A stretch of 64,000 nucleotides of DNA from Candidatus Omnitrophota bacterium (GTDB taxonomy: Bacteria > Omnitrophota > Gorgyraeia > 2-01-FULL-45-10), in NCBI GenBank assembly GCA_017993955.1, contig JAGOLR010000005.1, positions 28 through 64,027 on the forward strand. Direction: 5' to 3'. Both the position numbers and the translations under genes were made by a program. Below the pieces are notes generated by a model that worked only from the letters and a program-made list of their open reading frames with translations, had not been told where the DNA came from and did not search any database. Within the stretch, counting starts at the first letter, position 1; every line of letters starts with the position of its first letter. Shown here in pieces: positions 40,904 through 52,282 of this stretch.

Positions 40904-42253
40904 ATGCTCGAAGCTTTCGGAAATATAATAAAGATACCTGATTTACGTAAAAAAGTACTCTTGACGCTGGGTCTAGTCGCTGTCTACAGGGTGGGCACTT
41001 ATATACCTACTCCGGGTATTGACGGAGCAAAGCTCGCTCAGTTTTTCGCGAGTCTCGCCGCATCTCAAGGCGGGGCGCTCTTTGGCATAATGAATATGTT
41101 CTCAGGCGGTGCTATATCAAGGCTAACTATATTCGCTCTTGGTATTATGCCTTATATATCATCTTCCATTATATTGCAGTTACTTACAGCGGTTATACCG
41201 GCTCTTGAGAGATTGGCCAAAGAAGGAGAGGCGGGGCATAAAAAGATAGTTCAGTATACGCGTTATGGAACCATCATACTTTCCGTCATACAGTCTTTCT
41301 TTATAGCCTTGTGGCTTGAAAACCCTGCGCGGTTCAATGGACTGCAGATAGTACAGTTTCCTGGCTGGTCTTTCAGGATACTTACCGTTATAACGCTTAC
41401 AAGCGGGACTGCGTTCATAATGTGGCTGGGCGAGCAGATACAGGAATACGGCATAGGCAACGGAATGTCGCTTCTGATAACCGCCGGTATAGTATCGAGG
41501 ATACCGACTGCTATGTACCAACTATGGGTGCTATTCTCTCCGTTCGCTCCGGAAAAAGCTCAACTCGATCTGTTTACGCTGATCCTTATGATAGTCATGC
41601 TAGTTGCCGTAGTTGTGGCGGTGATTGTGGTTACTCAAGGCCAGCGCAAGATACCAATCCAATATGCAAAGCGCGTGGTAGGCCGTAAGGTATACGGCGG
41701 ACAAGCGACGTTCTTGCCGCTTAGGGTGAATCAGGCAGGGGTAATACCTATTATATTTGCGCAAAGCATAATCCTGTTTCCCGCTACGATAGCCGGCTTC
41801 GTCCCACATCAAGGTTTTCAGAAATTCGCCATGGCCTTGACTAAGGGAGAATTGATGTATAACAGCATATATGCGCTACTCATAATATTTTTCTCGTACT
41901 TTTATACAGCTATAACATTTAATCCTATCGATATATCGGATAATATGAAAAAGTACGGTGGTTTTGTTCCCGGCATACGACCTGGCAGACAGACGGCTGA
42001 ATATCTGGATTTTATTATGACCAGGATAACTTTCCCCGGCGCGATATTCCTTGCTCTGATCGCGGTATTCCCGAGCATAATATCGAGCTGGCTTAAGATA
42101 CCTTATCTTGTGGCCAGTTTTTTCGGCGGGACCGGGTTATTGATTATAGTTGGCGTAATGCTGGACACGATGAAACAGATAGAGTCGCATCTCCTGATGC
42201 GTCATTATGAAGGCTTTATGAAAAAGGGCAGGATAAAAGCCCGGGTGTCGTAA
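40904..42253 (+). CDS. secY: preprotein translocase subunit SecY
   Basis: 449 aa, 10 TM SecY. Confidence 0.95.
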   Translation: MLEAFGNIIKIPDLRKKVLLTLGLVAVYRVGTYIPTPGIDGAKLAQFFASLAASQGGALFGIMNMFSGGAISRLTIFALGIMPYISSSIILQLLTAVIPALERLAKEGEAGHKKIVQYTRYGTIILSVIQSFFIALWLENPARFNGLQIVQFPGWSFRILTVITLTSGTAFIMWLGEQIQEYGIGNGMSLLITAGIVSRIPTAMYQLWVLFSPFAPEKAQLDLFTLILMIVMLVAVVVAVIVVTQGQRKIPIQYAKRVVGRKVYGGQATFLPLRVNQAGVIPIIFAQSIILFPATIAGFVPHQGFQKFAMALTKGELMYNSIYALLIIFFSYFYTAITFNPIDISDNMKKYGGFVPGIRPGRQTAEYLDFIMTRITFPGAIFLALIAVFPSIISSWLKIPYLVASFFGGTGLLIIVGVMLDTMKQIESHLLMRHYEGFMKKGRIKARVS

Positions 42254-42262
42254 AAGGTAAAT

Positions 42263-42919
42263 ATGAAAATAGTGCTTTTAGGTCCGCCTGGGGCGGGCAA
42301 AGGAACTCAAAGCGTAGTTCTTTCAAAAAAATACAAAGTTCCTCACATATCTACGGGGGATATACTCAGGCAGTCTGTTAAGTCCGGCCAACCTCTTGGT
42401 TTGAAGGCAAAGGCATATATGGATAAGGGAGAGCTCGTTCCGGATGAGTTGGTTACGGGAATAGTGGTCGAGCGTCTTAAGGAGCCTGACGCTAAGAACG
42501 GATTCATACTCGACGGTTATCCTAGAACGTTGAAACAGGGTATGGATTTGGACGGTGCGCTTAAAGCGATCGGTTCCGGTATTGATATGGTTCTGTACTT
42601 TGAAACCTCCGATCAGGTGGCGATAGATAGGCTATCCGGGCGCAGGGTTTGCAAAAAGTGCGGGTTTAACTACCATGTTAAAAACATACCCCCGAAAAAA
42701 GAGGGCGTGTGCGATAAGTGCGGCGCGGAGCTATTTCAGCGGCCCGATGATAAGGAAGACACGGTCCGTAATAGATTGAGGGTATATGAAGCGCAGACCA
42801 AGCCGCTTATAGATTATTATACAAAACAGGGCATACTGACGAAAGTGTCTGGAGATTCTGATGTAGATGCCCTTTTCAAAGTTCTTTCAAAGGTATTTTC
42901 TGACGCGAAGATGGTATGA
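42263..42919 (+). CDS. adk: adenylate kinase (zinc-lid type)
   Basis: 218 aa with P-loop GPPGAGKGTQ and lid CKKCG...CDKCG. Confidence 0.95.
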   Translation: MKIVLLGPPGAGKGTQSVVLSKKYKVPHISTGDILRQSVKSGQPLGLKAKAYMDKGELVPDELVTGIVVERLKEPDAKNGFILDGYPRTLKQGMDLDGALKAIGSGIDMVLYFETSDQVAIDRLSGRRVCKKCGFNYHVKNIPPKKEGVCDKCGAELFQRPDDKEDTVRNRLRVYEAQTKPLIDYYTKQGILTKVSGDSDVDALFKVLSKVFSDAKMV

Positions 42920-43662
42920 TCATCCTGCGAAACGCCGATGAGATAAAGGCGATACGTAATGCAGGACGGATCACCGCCAGGACCCTGGAAAAATTGAGCG
43001 GATCGGTAAGGCCCGGGATCACCACTAAAGAGCTGGATGATATCGCAGGCATAGAGATAAGGTCTTTGGGTGGTGTGCCGGCATTTAAGGGATATAGAGG
43101 GTTCCCTGCTAATATATGCACTTCGATAAATGAAGTTGTAGTGCATGGGATACCCTCCAAAAGAGTCCTGGAAGAGGGTGACATAATATCGATAGATGTC
43201 GGAGTCGGCTGTGACGGTTATTTTGCAGATGCCGCCGTAACCGTGGGAGTAGGCGAGATAGCCCCGGACGCCCGTAGCCTTATAGAGGTTACGCGAGCCT
43301 CTTTGTATGAAGGACTAGCTAAGGCACGCGCTAAGAACAGGCTTTCGGATATCTCGAGCGCTATACAGCAGTACGCGGAATCTAAAGGATTCAGCGTAGT
43401 CAGGTCGTTTGTGGGTCACGGGATAGGTACCAAGATCCATGAAGACCCTGAGATACCAAACTTTGGTAAATCCGGCACGGGTCCCAGGCTCGATAGGGGC
43501 ATGGTCCTGGCAATAGAGCCGATGATAAATGCCGGAACTTATGAAGTCATGATATGCGAGGACGGTTGGACGGCAGTGACTGCGGACGGTTCTTTGTCGG
43601 CCCATTTTGAACATACCGTGGTTATTACCGATTCCGACGTCGAAATACTTACGATTCTCTAG
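42916..43662 (+). CDS. map: type I methionine aminopeptidase
   Basis: 248 aa, MetAP metal-binding residues. Confidence 0.9.
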   Translation: MIILRNADEIKAIRNAGRITARTLEKLSGSVRPGITTKELDDIAGIEIRSLGGVPAFKGYRGFPANICTSINEVVVHGIPSKRVLEEGDIISIDVGVGCDGYFADAAVTVGVGEIAPDARSLIEVTRASLYEGLAKARAKNRLSDISSAIQQYAESKGFSVVRSFVGHGIGTKIHEDPEIPNFGKSGTGPRLDRGMVLAIEPMINAGTYEVMICEDGWTAVTADGSLSAHFEHTVVITDSDVEILTIL

Positions 43663-43679
43663 CTTGGAGCCGTAAAAAG

Positions 43680-43901
43680 ATGTGCCCAAAAGAAGAAGCT
43701 ATAACAGTCGAAGGGAAAGTAGTAGAGACCTTGCCGAATGCGACATTTAGGGTTGAGCTTCCGAATGGTCACAGAGTATTAGCCCATGTTTCCGGCAAAA
43801 TGAGAATGAATTTTATAAGGATATTGCCTGGCGATATGGTGATGCTTGAATTATCGCCATATGATTTATCACGCGGCAGGATAATTCGAAGGGAAAAATA
43901 A
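43680..43901 (+). CDS. infA: translation initiation factor IF-1
   Basis: 73 aa, S1-like OB fold. Confidence 0.9.
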   Translation: MCPKEEAITVEGKVVETLPNATFRVELPNGHRVLAHVSGKMRMNFIRILPGDMVMLELSPYDLSRGRIIRREK

Positions 43902-43903
43902 TC

Positions 43904-44017
43904 ATGAAAGTTAGATCCAGCGTTAAAAAAATATGCCCTAAATGTAAGGTTGTGCGTCGGCAGGGAGTGCTTATGATAATCTGCGCCAATCCGAAACACA
44001 AACAGAGGCAGGGGTAA
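43904..44017 (+). CDS. rpmJ: 50S ribosomal protein L36
   Basis: 37 aa [37 protein letters not shown]. Absent from the ORF track because under 60 aa. Confidence 0.85.
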   Translation: MKVRSSVKKICPKCKVVRRQGVLMIICANPKHKQRQG

Positions 44018-44038
44018 AAGCTTACCGGGAGGTTTATT

Positions 44039-44458
44039 GTGCCACGAATTGTAGGTGTTGATATTCCTAAGGAAAAGAGAGTTGAGTTATCTCTCACATA
44101 TATCTATGGTATAGGAAGGCCTTTGTCGAATAAGATATTAAAGATCGCGAATATAAGCCCGGACAAGCGCGCTAAGGACCTTACCGAAGAAGAGATAGCC
44201 AGGCTATCTACTATAATACAGAAGGATTATAAAGTCGAAGGTGACCTTCGGCGCGATATAGCTGCCAATATAAAGCGGCTTATTGATGTCGGATCGTATA
44301 GAGGCCTTCGTCATAGGAGGGGTCTTCCTGTCCGAGGTCAAAGGACCAGGACCAATGCGCGCACGCGCAAAGGGCCTCGTAAGACGGTGGGTATTGTAAG
44401 GCAAAAAGCAGAAAGGGCGGCGACAAAGCCGAAAGAAAGTGGAGACCAAAAAAAGTAA
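44039..44458 (+). CDS. rpsM: 30S ribosomal protein S13
   Basis: 139 aa, GTG start, [25 protein letters not shown]. Confidence 0.95.
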   Translation: MPRIVGVDIPKEKRVELSLTYIYGIGRPLSNKILKIANISPDKRAKDLTEEEIARLSTIIQKDYKVEGDLRRDIAANIKRLIDVGSYRGLRHRRGLPVRGQRTRTNARTRKGPRKTVGIVRQKAERAATKPKESGDQKK

Positions 44459-44834
44459 ACCAAAAAAATCCAAGAAGCTGATTCGCACGGTTACTAGCGG
44501 TGTTGCGCATATACTCGCTACTTTTAACAATACGATAGTGACCATCACCGATAAAGAAGGAAATACCATAGCCTGGGCTTCAACCGGAAGCTCGGGTTTT
44601 AAAGGCTCTAAAAAATCGACGCCATTTGCCGCAGGCATAGCGGCTGAAAATGCCGGCAAGAAGGCGTTGGAGCGCGGCATGAAAGAGGTTGAGGTAAGCG
44701 TAAAAGGACCGGGGGCCGGACGTGAATCAGCTATACGCTCGATACAGGCCGCAGGCCTTACGATACGTTCCATAAAAGATGTTACGCCGATACCACATAA
44801 CGGGTGCAGGCCACAGAAGCGAAGGAGAGTGTAA
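44439..44834 (+). CDS. rpsK: 30S ribosomal protein S11
   Basis: 131 aa ...[21 protein letters not shown] start overlaps the rpsM end by 20 nt. Confidence 0.9.
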   Translation: METKKSKPKKSKKLIRTVTSGVAHILATFNNTIVTITDKEGNTIAWASTGSSGFKGSKKSTPFAAGIAAENAGKKALERGMKEVEVSVKGPGAGRESAIRSIQAAGLTIRSIKDVTPIPHNGCRPQKRRRV

Positions 44835-45460
44835 TGGCAAGGAATACAGGACCATCTTGCAGGCTGTGCAGACGGGAAGGCTCTAAGCTTTTCCTTAAGG
44901 GTTCAAGATGTGTGAGCGATAAATGCGGGATCGCCAAAAGGGATTTTGCGCCGGGACAACACGGGCAGATACGCAAAAAAGAGTCCAATTACGGCCTTCA
45001 GATGCGCGAAAAACAGAAGGTTAAAAGGATATACGGGGTCCTTGAGAGGCAGTTTAAGCACTATTTCCAGATAGCCGAGCGTTCAAAAGCGGTAACGGGT
45101 ATAATGCTTCTGCAACTTCTCGAAAGGCGTCTGGATAACGTCGTCTTCAGGATGAATCTGGCTAATTCCAGGGCCGAGTCGCGTCAGCTGGTACAGCACG
45201 GTTTTGTTTATGTGAATGGCCATCGAGTTGATATACCTGCCTACACAGTTAAATTAGGCGAAGAGGTCACGCTTAAAGTCAAAGAGCCTTTGGCTAAGAA
45301 ACTATCCGAGACATTTGAGATATTGAAAGACCGCGCCATACCAAAATGGCTCGATATGGACCCGAAAAATCTTAAGTGCAAGATAACGGCTATGCCTACC
45401 AAGGAAGACGTCGGGTTCCCGATACAAGAACAGCTCATCGTTGAACTTTACTCTAAGTAA
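44834..45460 (+). CDS. rpsD: 30S ribosomal protein S4
   Basis: Start at [16 protein letters not shown] (44834) inside ORF 44804..45460. Confidence 0.9.
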   Translation: MARNTGPSCRLCRREGSKLFLKGSRCVSDKCGIAKRDFAPGQHGQIRKKESNYGLQMREKQKVKRIYGVLERQFKHYFQIAERSKAVTGIMLLQLLERRLDNVVFRMNLANSRAESRQLVQHGFVYVNGHRVDIPAYTVKLGEEVTLKVKEPLAKKLSETFEILKDRAIPKWLDMDPKNLKCKITAMPTKEDVGFPIQEQLIVELYSK

Positions 45461-45495
45461 AAAATAAACACTACCTATTTTAAGGAGATGCGGAC

Positions 45496-46494
45496 ATGGG
45501 TATAAGCATGAAGAATTTTGAGATGCCGAAGAAGCTCGTTCTTGACGAATCGACTTACACCCCGACATACGGGAGATTCGTTGCAGAACCCTTTGAGAGG
45601 GGGTACGGAGTAACGGTCGGCAATTCCCTAAGGAGAGTACTTATATCCTCTATAGAAGGAACTGCGGTGACATCGATAAAGATCGATGGTGTCCAGCACG
45701 AATTTTCTGCCATAAACGGCGTGGTTGAGGATGTGCCGCAGATAATACTGAACATCAAAAAGTTGATACTTAAGTCGCACTTCAAAACACCTAAACCCAT
45801 GGTCATAGACGTAGAAAAGAAGGGCGAGATAACTGCTAAGGATATCAAGGCCGATGAGACTGTCGAGATAGTAAACCCCGATCTGCACATAGCCACCCTT
45901 ACCAAGAACGTTAAATTCAGAATAGAGATGGAAGTGGCAAGGGGCAGAGGCTATGTTCCCGCCGACCGCAATAAGAAGGAAGGCCAGCCCATAGGGGTGA
46001 TCCCGGTGGATTCCATATTCACCCCGGTGAAGAAGGTGAACTTTCTGGTAGAAAATACGCGCGTGGGCCAGATAACCGATTACGATAAATTAATATTGGA
46101 TATATGGACTAATGGCTCAATAGACCCGAAAGAATCCCTTCTGTATGCCTCCAATATCTTACAGCGCCATCTTGATATTTTTGTAGGTTTCGGTAAGTTG
46201 CCGGAGGAAGAGGAAGCTCCGGAGGAGACCGAGGAGGAAAGACGTCTCAGAGAAAAACTGACTATGCCCATATCGGAAGCAGAGCTATCAGTCAGAAGCT
46301 CTAATTGCCTGCGTGAGGCAAAGATAAAAACCATAGGCGATCTCGTCAGAAGGACAGAGCTCGAGATGCTGCAGTACAGAAACTTCGGGAAAAAATCCCT
46401 GGCGGAGATAAATAAGCTGCTGGGCGATATGAGCCTTTCGCTTGGCATGAAGCTCGACGAGAAATCATCCAAAAAGAAAGAAGAGTCCAAATAA
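45496..46494 (+). CDS. rpoA: DNA-directed RNA polymerase subunit alpha
   Basis: 332 aa, N-terminal domain plus C-terminal domain. Confidence 0.95.
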   Translation: MGISMKNFEMPKKLVLDESTYTPTYGRFVAEPFERGYGVTVGNSLRRVLISSIEGTAVTSIKIDGVQHEFSAINGVVEDVPQIILNIKKLILKSHFKTPKPMVIDVEKKGEITAKDIKADETVEIVNPDLHIATLTKNVKFRIEMEVARGRGYVPADRNKKEGQPIGVIPVDSIFTPVKKVNFLVENTRVGQITDYDKLILDIWTNGSIDPKESLLYASNILQRHLDIFVGFGKLPEEEEAPEETEEERRLREKLTMPISEAELSVRSSNCLREAKIKTIGDLVRRTELEMLQYRNFGKKSLAEINKLLGDMSLSLGMKLDEKSSKKKEESK

Positions 46495-46495
46495 A

Positions 46496-47173
46496 ATGAG
46501 ACACAGGAATAAACACTCACGGCTTAGTATGATGACCGCGCATCGCAAGGCGATGCTGCGCAATATGGTACAAAATCTTTTCAAATACGAGAGGATAGAG
46601 ACCACGCTGGCAAGAGCGAAAGCGGCTAGAAGGCTTGCAGAGCACCTTATATCTATCAGTAAGGATGACTCTGTTGCGTCTCGAAGAAGGGTCTATTCTG
46701 CCATTCCCGACAGGGATCTTGTAAAAAAATTATTTACTGAAATAACGCCTTTGTTTAAAACGCGAAACAGCGGTTTTACCAGGATAATACAGACTGATTT
46801 TCGGCGCGGGGATGGCGCTACGCTAGCTATGCTCGAGCTCACAGAGCGCAAGATAGTTGAAAAGCTCCCCAAGAAAAAGAAAGAGAAGGCGGATGCAGTC
46901 AAGGCGGAAGGCGGCAAGGAATCTAAGGCAGTTCGCGAGTCCAAGGCTGCTACTGCCGTGAAGGAACCTGCAATTAAAGATGCGGCAGCTCATAAAGAAT
47001 CCGACGAATCCAAGAAGGATGCAACCAGGCTGAAGGCTGTTTCTAAGGGCAAGTTGGGGATCGAGGAAGAAAAGAGAGCTGAAAAGGCAAAATCTGAGGA
47101 TAAGAAGATTGCCGATCAACGCGGTTTCATGAAAAATATACGCGGAATATTCAGGAAGCGGGGAGATAGGTAA
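46496..47173 (+). CDS. rplQ: 50S ribosomal protein L17 (about 100-aa K/E/A-rich C-terminal extension)
   Basis: 225 aa MRHRNKHSRLSMMTAHRKAMLRNMV... Confidence 0.9.
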   Translation: MRHRNKHSRLSMMTAHRKAMLRNMVQNLFKYERIETTLARAKAARRLAEHLISISKDDSVASRRRVYSAIPDRDLVKKLFTEITPLFKTRNSGFTRIIQTDFRRGDGATLAMLELTERKIVEKLPKKKKEKADAVKAEGGKESKAVRESKAATAVKEPAIKDAAAHKESDESKKDATRLKAVSKGKLGIEEEKRAEKAKSEDKKIADQRGFMKNIRGIFRKRGDR

Positions 47174-47195
47174 TATTTTTAGTGGTTTCAAAAAA

Positions 47196-47232
47196 CGCCC
47201 CTTAAGCTAGTATGTTTAAGGGGTGTTTTTGT
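47196..47232 (+). terminator. rho-independent terminator ACGCCCCTTAAGC...GTTTAAGGGGTGTTTTTG
   Basis: GC-rich stem (CCCCTTAA/TTAAGGGG) followed by a T-run, directly after rplQ. Confidence 0.7.
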
Positions 47233-47253
47233 AATAAGAGACGATGATTTAAC

Positions 47254-47281
47254 TTGAGATTTGATGCTTATTGGATATAAT
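47254..47281 (+). promoter_or_regulatory. sigma-70-like promoter TTGAGA - 16 nt - TATAAT
   Basis: Lies between the terminator and the aminotransferase start at 47303. Confidence 0.5.
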
Positions 47282-47302
47282 TTTATTAAAAAAGGACATT
47301 TT

Positions 47303-48517
47303 ATGCAATTGGCACAAAGGGTTTCGGGTATCGGAGAGTCAGTAACGCTTAATATAACCTCCAAAGCTAAAAAATTGAAATCGGAAGGTAAGGACGTTGT
47401 CAGCTTTGCGGCGGGCGAACCAGACTTCGACACTCCGGACTACATAAAAGAGGCTGCGATAAAGGCCATCCGAGACGGTTTTACTAAATATACGCCCTCC
47501 AGCGGGATGCTGGAGCTACGGGAGGCTATTTCCAAAAAATTTAAGATCGATAACGGGCTTGATTATGAGCCTTCGCAGATAGTCGTATCTAACGGCGCCA
47601 AGCATTCGCTTAACAATATATTTCAGGTGCTTTGCGAGAAAGGGGACGAAGTTCTTATACCCGAACCTTATTGGTTAAGCTATCCGGCAATGGTGAAGAT
47701 GGCTGAAGCTGAACCTGTTTTTGTGCCTACTTCTAAAACCGATAATTTTGCCATCACAGAGAAGAACCTTATTTCGAGAATAACAAAAAAGACGAAGTGT
47801 CTGGTGCTCAACAGTCCTTCAAATCCAACCGGATGTATTTATGACATAAAGATGCTGGAGATGGTATCCGGGCTGGCGGTAAAACACAATTTTTTCGTTA
47901 TAAGTGATGAAATATACGAAAAACTTATATATGACGGCAAAAAGCACATATCGATAGGGTCTCTCGGTAAGGATATATTCGATCGTACCATAACCGTCAA
48001 CGGAGTGTCGAAGAGTTATTCTATGACCGGTTGGCGGATAGGATACGCCGCTGGACCTAAGCCTATAATGGACGCTATCGGAAATCTCCAAAGCCATGCC
48101 ACTTCGAATCCCTGCTCTATAAGCCAGCAAGCGACTCTTGAAGCCATGACCAAAGACCAGTCCTTCATAGGGAAGATGTGTATCGAATACCAAAAACGAC
48201 GCGATTATATGGTAGACAGAATATCGAGCTTCCCGAAGTTTTCCTGCATCAAGCCGGAAGGCGCATTCTACCTTTTCTGCGATATATCTAAACTGGGATT
48301 AGGTTCCGTGGAGGTAGCTACAAAACTCCTGGATGATGCAATGGTAGCCGTTATACCGGGTGAGCCATTCGGCGCCGACGACTTCATACGATTGAGTTTC
48401 GCAACCGGCATGGAGACGATAAGAAAAGGACTCGACAGAATAGAGGAGTGGTTGAACGCATTCGACAAATTCAGCGTTCATTCCGAGCAAAGCCGAGGGG
48501 TGAAGAAAAATGGGTAA
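47303..48517 (+). CDS. class I/II pyridoxal-phosphate aminotransferase (aspartate aminotransferase-like)
   Basis: MQLAQRVSGIGESVTLNI...AAGEPDFDTP...SKSYSMTGWRIGY. Start at 47303 with an AAGGA RBS. Confidence 0.85.
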   Translation: MQLAQRVSGIGESVTLNITSKAKKLKSEGKDVVSFAAGEPDFDTPDYIKEAAIKAIRDGFTKYTPSSGMLELREAISKKFKIDNGLDYEPSQIVVSNGAKHSLNNIFQVLCEKGDEVLIPEPYWLSYPAMVKMAEAEPVFVPTSKTDNFAITEKNLISRITKKTKCLVLNSPSNPTGCIYDIKMLEMVSGLAVKHNFFVISDEIYEKLIYDGKKHISIGSLGKDIFDRTITVNGVSKSYSMTGWRIGYAAGPKPIMDAIGNLQSHATSNPCSISQQATLEAMTKDQSFIGKMCIEYQKRRDYMVDRISSFPKFSCIKPEGAFYLFCDISKLGLGSVEVATKLLDDAMVAVIPGEPFGADDFIRLSFATGMETIRKGLDRIEEWLNAFDKFSVHSEQSRGVKKNG

Positions 48518-49781
48518 GACTATAGCCGAAAAGATTTTATCCAACCATGCCGGAAAGCCATTGCGTGCCGGAGATATAGCAGTATGCGATGTAGATTTCT
48601 GTTTTGGGCAGGACGGAACAAGTTCTATAATAATAGACAGTTTTAGAAAACTCGGGGCACTAAAGGCATTTGATCCGGCAAAATTCTGTATGGTAATAGA
48701 CCACAGCGCGCCCAGTCCAAACATAGGTGTCTCTACAATTCATTCAAAGATGCGGACCTTCGCCAGGGAGTTCGGGCTTGGTATCTACGATATCGGATGC
48801 GGCGTATGTCATCAACTGGTCCCCGAAAGAGGGCACGTGACCTGCGGCGACCTTGTTCTGGGGGCTGATTCGCATACCTGCACATACGGAGCCATAAACG
48901 TTTTTTCCACGGGAGTCGGCTCTACAGACCTGGCGGTGACGCTTGCAAGCGGGAAAAATTGGTTCAAGGTGCCGGAGACTATAAAGATAACAGTCAATGG
49001 TCAGCTGCCGGCAGGCGTATACTCGAAAGACATAATATTGGCTATAGCCAAGGATGTCGGGGCAAACGGCGCTACCTATAAATCAGTCGAATTTACCGGT
49101 CCGGCCATAAGTGCGCTTTCGGTAGATTCAAGGCTTACCATTTCCAATATGGCCGTCGAGATCGGAGCCAAGGCAGGTTTGATGGAGGCCGACAAGAAGG
49201 TCCTGAAATGGCTTGGCGAGAAATCCAAAAGAAAACCCAACCCGGTGACTGCCGATCCGGATGCCAAATATTGCGACGTCAGAACTTACGATGTTTCCTG
49301 TCTCCCCCCTCAGGTCGCTAAACCTCACGCAGTAGATAACGTTTCGGATGTTACCGAAGTATCCGATGTAGTTATCGATCAGGCTTTTTTAGGCACGTGT
49401 ACCAATGGTAGACTCGAAGACCTGGAGGTCGCGGCTACCATCCTGAAAGGGCGAAAGGTCCACCCGGAAGTCCGATTTGTTGTGGCCCCTGCGTCCAATG
49501 AGATCTATCTTAAGGCTATCAAGAAAGGTCTTATCGATATATTCATAAAATCCGGCTGCTCGGTGGTCGCTCCCGGTTGCGGGCCTTGCGTTGGAACGCA
49601 CAACGGGACTTTAGCAGACGGCGAAGTAGCCATATCGACCGCTAACAGGAATTTTAAGGGTCGCATGGGAAATCCCAACTCGTTTATATATCTTGCCAGC
49701 CCCGCAACGGTCACCGCTTCGGCCGTAAAAGGTAAGATAGCCGATCCCAGAGAATATTCCAAGAGGTTGAAGAACATATGA
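48510..49781 (+). CDS. LeuC-family hydro-lyase large subunit (3-isopropylmalate dehydratase/homoaconitase-like, short form)
   Basis: 423 aa [15 protein letters not shown]..., aconitase-family Cys ligands. Confidence 0.8.
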   Translation: MGKTIAEKILSNHAGKPLRAGDIAVCDVDFCFGQDGTSSIIIDSFRKLGALKAFDPAKFCMVIDHSAPSPNIGVSTIHSKMRTFAREFGLGIYDIGCGVCHQLVPERGHVTCGDLVLGADSHTCTYGAINVFSTGVGSTDLAVTLASGKNWFKVPETIKITVNGQLPAGVYSKDIILAIAKDVGANGATYKSVEFTGPAISALSVDSRLTISNMAVEIGAKAGLMEADKKVLKWLGEKSKRKPNPVTADPDAKYCDVRTYDVSCLPPQVAKPHAVDNVSDVTEVSDVVIDQAFLGTCTNGRLEDLEVAATILKGRKVHPEVRFVVAPASNEIYLKAIKKGLIDIFIKSGCSVVAPGCGPCVGTHNGTLADGEVAISTANRNFKGRMGNPNSFIYLASPATVTASAVKGKIADPREYSKRLKNI

Positions 49782-50278
49782 AAAATTTTGCCAGAAGGCT
49801 AAAAGTGCAGGACAATATAAATACCGACTATGTCATATCGGGGAGGTATAAGTTCAAGATACAGGACCCCACCGAATTGGCAAAGCATATATTTGAAGAT
49901 ATCGATCCCGCCTTTGCTGCCAAGGTAAAAAAAGGCGATGTCTTGGTGGCGGGTGAAAACTTTGGCTGCGGATCCAGCCGCGAGCAAGCCCCTCAGGCTC
50001 TTAAGTGGGCAGGTTTTAAAGCAGTCGTCGCGAAGAGTTTTGCGAGGATATTTTACCGCAACGCCTTTAATATAGGACTACCGCTGATAGAGTGCAATAC
50101 CGATTTTATAGACGATGGGGATGAGATAGAGCTTGATATCGATAACGCCAGAATATCCAACAGGTCTAAAGGCCTTAAGCTCGATGTCAAGCCGCTTCCT
50201 ACCGTAATGAGGCGACTCCTTGAGGACGGCGGCGTAGTAGAGCATTTTAAAAAATACGGAGGATTCAAATTTGAGTAA
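49778..50278 (+). CDS. LeuD-family hydro-lyase small subunit
   Basis: 166 aa with swivel-domain motif [14 protein letters not shown]. Confidence 0.8.
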   Translation: MKNFARRLKVQDNINTDYVISGRYKFKIQDPTELAKHIFEDIDPAFAAKVKKGDVLVAGENFGCGSSREQAPQALKWAGFKAVVAKSFARIFYRNAFNIGLPLIECNTDFIDDGDEIELDIDNARISNRSKGLKLDVKPLPTVMRRLLEDGGVVEHFKKYGGFKFE

Positions 50279-51356
50279 GCACAGGATCACTTTTTTACCG
50301 GGGGACGGTATAGGTCCGGAACTTGCCGATGCGGCCAAGAGATGCATCGATGCGCTGGATGTCGATATAGAATGGAATGTCATGGAGATAGGCGAATCGG
50401 CTATAGAAAAATACAAGACGCCTCTCCCTGACCAGGTGCTGGAATCGATCAGGAAGAACAGGGTAGCCATTAAGGGACCTGTTACTACACCGGTAGGCAG
50501 TGGTTTCAGGTCTGTAAATGTGGAACTTCGTAAACGCCTGGATCTTTATGCCTGCCTGAGGCCATGCAAAAGCTATGAAGGCGTGCGGTCCCGCTATCAA
50601 AACATAGACCTGGTCATAGTTCGCGAGAACACCGAGGATCTGTATGCCGGCATAGAGTTCGAGAAAGGAACTAAAAAGGTAAAAGATCTTCTGGCGACCC
50701 TGGAGAACCTGAGCGAAAAAAAGATCCGGCCGGACTCAGCTATCAGTATAAAACCTATTTCCATAGAGGGCTCGAAGAGGGTGGTGAAATTTGCGTTCGA
50801 TTATGCTCTGAAGAACAACCGTAAGAAGGTTACGGCTGTTCATAAAGCAAATATAATGAAGTTTACAGACGGATTGTTTCTTGATGTCGCCCGGGAAGTA
50901 GCCAAAAGTTATAACGGAAAGGTGTTATTTGAGGACCGTATAGTAGATAATATGTGCATGCAATTGGTGCAGAAGCCGGAAGATTATGATGTGCTCGTTC
51001 TCCCTAATCTATATGGCGATATAGTTTCAGACCTGTGCGCGGGACTTGTAGGAGGTTTAGGTGTGGCTCCGGGAGCGAATATAGGAAAAGATGCCGCTGT
51101 TTTTGAGCCTACTCATGGGAGCGCGCCAAAGTATAAGGGAATGAACAAAGCAAATCCTGTGGCGCTAATATTATCGGCCGTGCTTATGTTACGGCATATA
51201 GGTGAAGATCATGCCGCGAAAAGGCTCGAAGAGGCAGTGGCGTCGGTTATAAAAGAGGGTAAGGATGTGACATACGACATGAAGCCGAATCGCCAGGACC
51301 CCACGGCGGTCGGAACAAAAGAGATGGCGGATGCTATAATAAGGAAAATAAGATGA
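50271..51356 (+). CDS. isocitrate/homoisocitrate/isopropylmalate dehydrogenase family (NAD-dependent beta-decarboxylating dehydrogenase)
   Basis: 361 aa, [43 protein letters not shown]. Confidence 0.75.
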   Translation: MSKHRITFLPGDGIGPELADAAKRCIDALDVDIEWNVMEIGESAIEKYKTPLPDQVLESIRKNRVAIKGPVTTPVGSGFRSVNVELRKRLDLYACLRPCKSYEGVRSRYQNIDLVIVRENTEDLYAGIEFEKGTKKVKDLLATLENLSEKKIRPDSAISIKPISIEGSKRVVKFAFDYALKNNRKKVTAVHKANIMKFTDGLFLDVAREVAKSYNGKVLFEDRIVDNMCMQLVQKPEDYDVLVLPNLYGDIVSDLCAGLVGGLGVAPGANIGKDAAVFEPTHGSAPKYKGMNKANPVALILSAVLMLRHIGEDHAAKRLEEAVASVIKEGKDVTYDMKPNRQDPTAVGTKEMADAIIRKIR

Positions 51357-52282
51357 AGAAGATCCAATACAAGGTAGCTGTTATAGGCGCGGGTGCCGTC
51401 GGGGCAACCCTTGCCCAACGCGTACTCGAAGGCGATATAGGCGATGTGGTGCTGGTGGATGTATTAAAAGATATGGCTTGCGCCAAGGCATACGACCTTA
51501 TGGATGCCGCTGCGATAAAAGATCACGAGCGGACCATAGTCGGTACTGACGATTACTCTAAAATAAGTTCTTCCGATATAGTCGTTATAACGGCGGGTCT
51601 TCCAAGGAAACCGGGCATGACCAGAGAAGACCTTGTATCTAAAAATGCCGCTATAGTTCGCGAAGTTTCCGAAAAAGTTAAAACGTATGCTCCCGGCGCC
51701 ATTCTGATAGTAGTGACCAACCCTTTAGACGCCATGACATACCTTGCTTACAAGACTACCGGTTTCGATAGAAAGCGTGTTATAGGCATGGCGGGCGTAC
51801 TCGACGGTTCGAGGTTTGTAAATCTAGTGTCGAGCGAGCTAGGGCTTCCCAGATCTGAAATAGAGACATATATAATGGGCAGCCACGGCGATACCATGGT
51901 GCCGGTTCTTTCTAAAACTACCGTTTGCGGTAAACCTATAACCGAGGTTATTGATAAAACGAAACTTGATGCTATAGTTAAGCGCACATGCGATCGCGGC
52001 GCAGAGATAGTAAAACTTCTTGGCACGGGAAGCGCTTATTATTCGCCAAGTGCAGGTGTATTAAAAATAATCGAATCGATAGTGGATGATGCCCACGATG
52101 TCTTAGAAGTAGCGGCAATCCTGGACGGAGAATATGGCCTGAAAGACATCGCCATCGGCGTCCCATGCGTTGTAGGAAAAAACGGTATTGAAAATATAGT
52201 CGAACTTGAACTCGGCGAAGAGGAGAAGGCCCTTTTTTCTAAATCTGCGAAGGCGATCAAAAGCACAATAGAACTCCTATGA
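51353..52282 (+). CDS. mdh: malate dehydrogenase (LDH-like family)
   Basis: 309 aa [15 protein letters not shown]...[16 protein letters not shown]. Confidence 0.85.
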   Translation: MKKIQYKVAVIGAGAVGATLAQRVLEGDIGDVVLVDVLKDMACAKAYDLMDAAAIKDHERTIVGTDDYSKISSSDIVVITAGLPRKPGMTREDLVSKNAAIVREVSEKVKTYAPGAILIVVTNPLDAMTYLAYKTTGFDRKRVIGMAGVLDGSRFVNLVSSELGLPRSEIETYIMGSHGDTMVPVLSKTTVCGKPITEVIDKTKLDAIVKRTCDRGAEIVKLLGTGSAYYSPSAGVLKIIESIVDDAHDVLEVAAILDGEYGLKDIAIGVPCVVGKNGIENIVELELGEEEKALFSKSAKAIKSTIELL

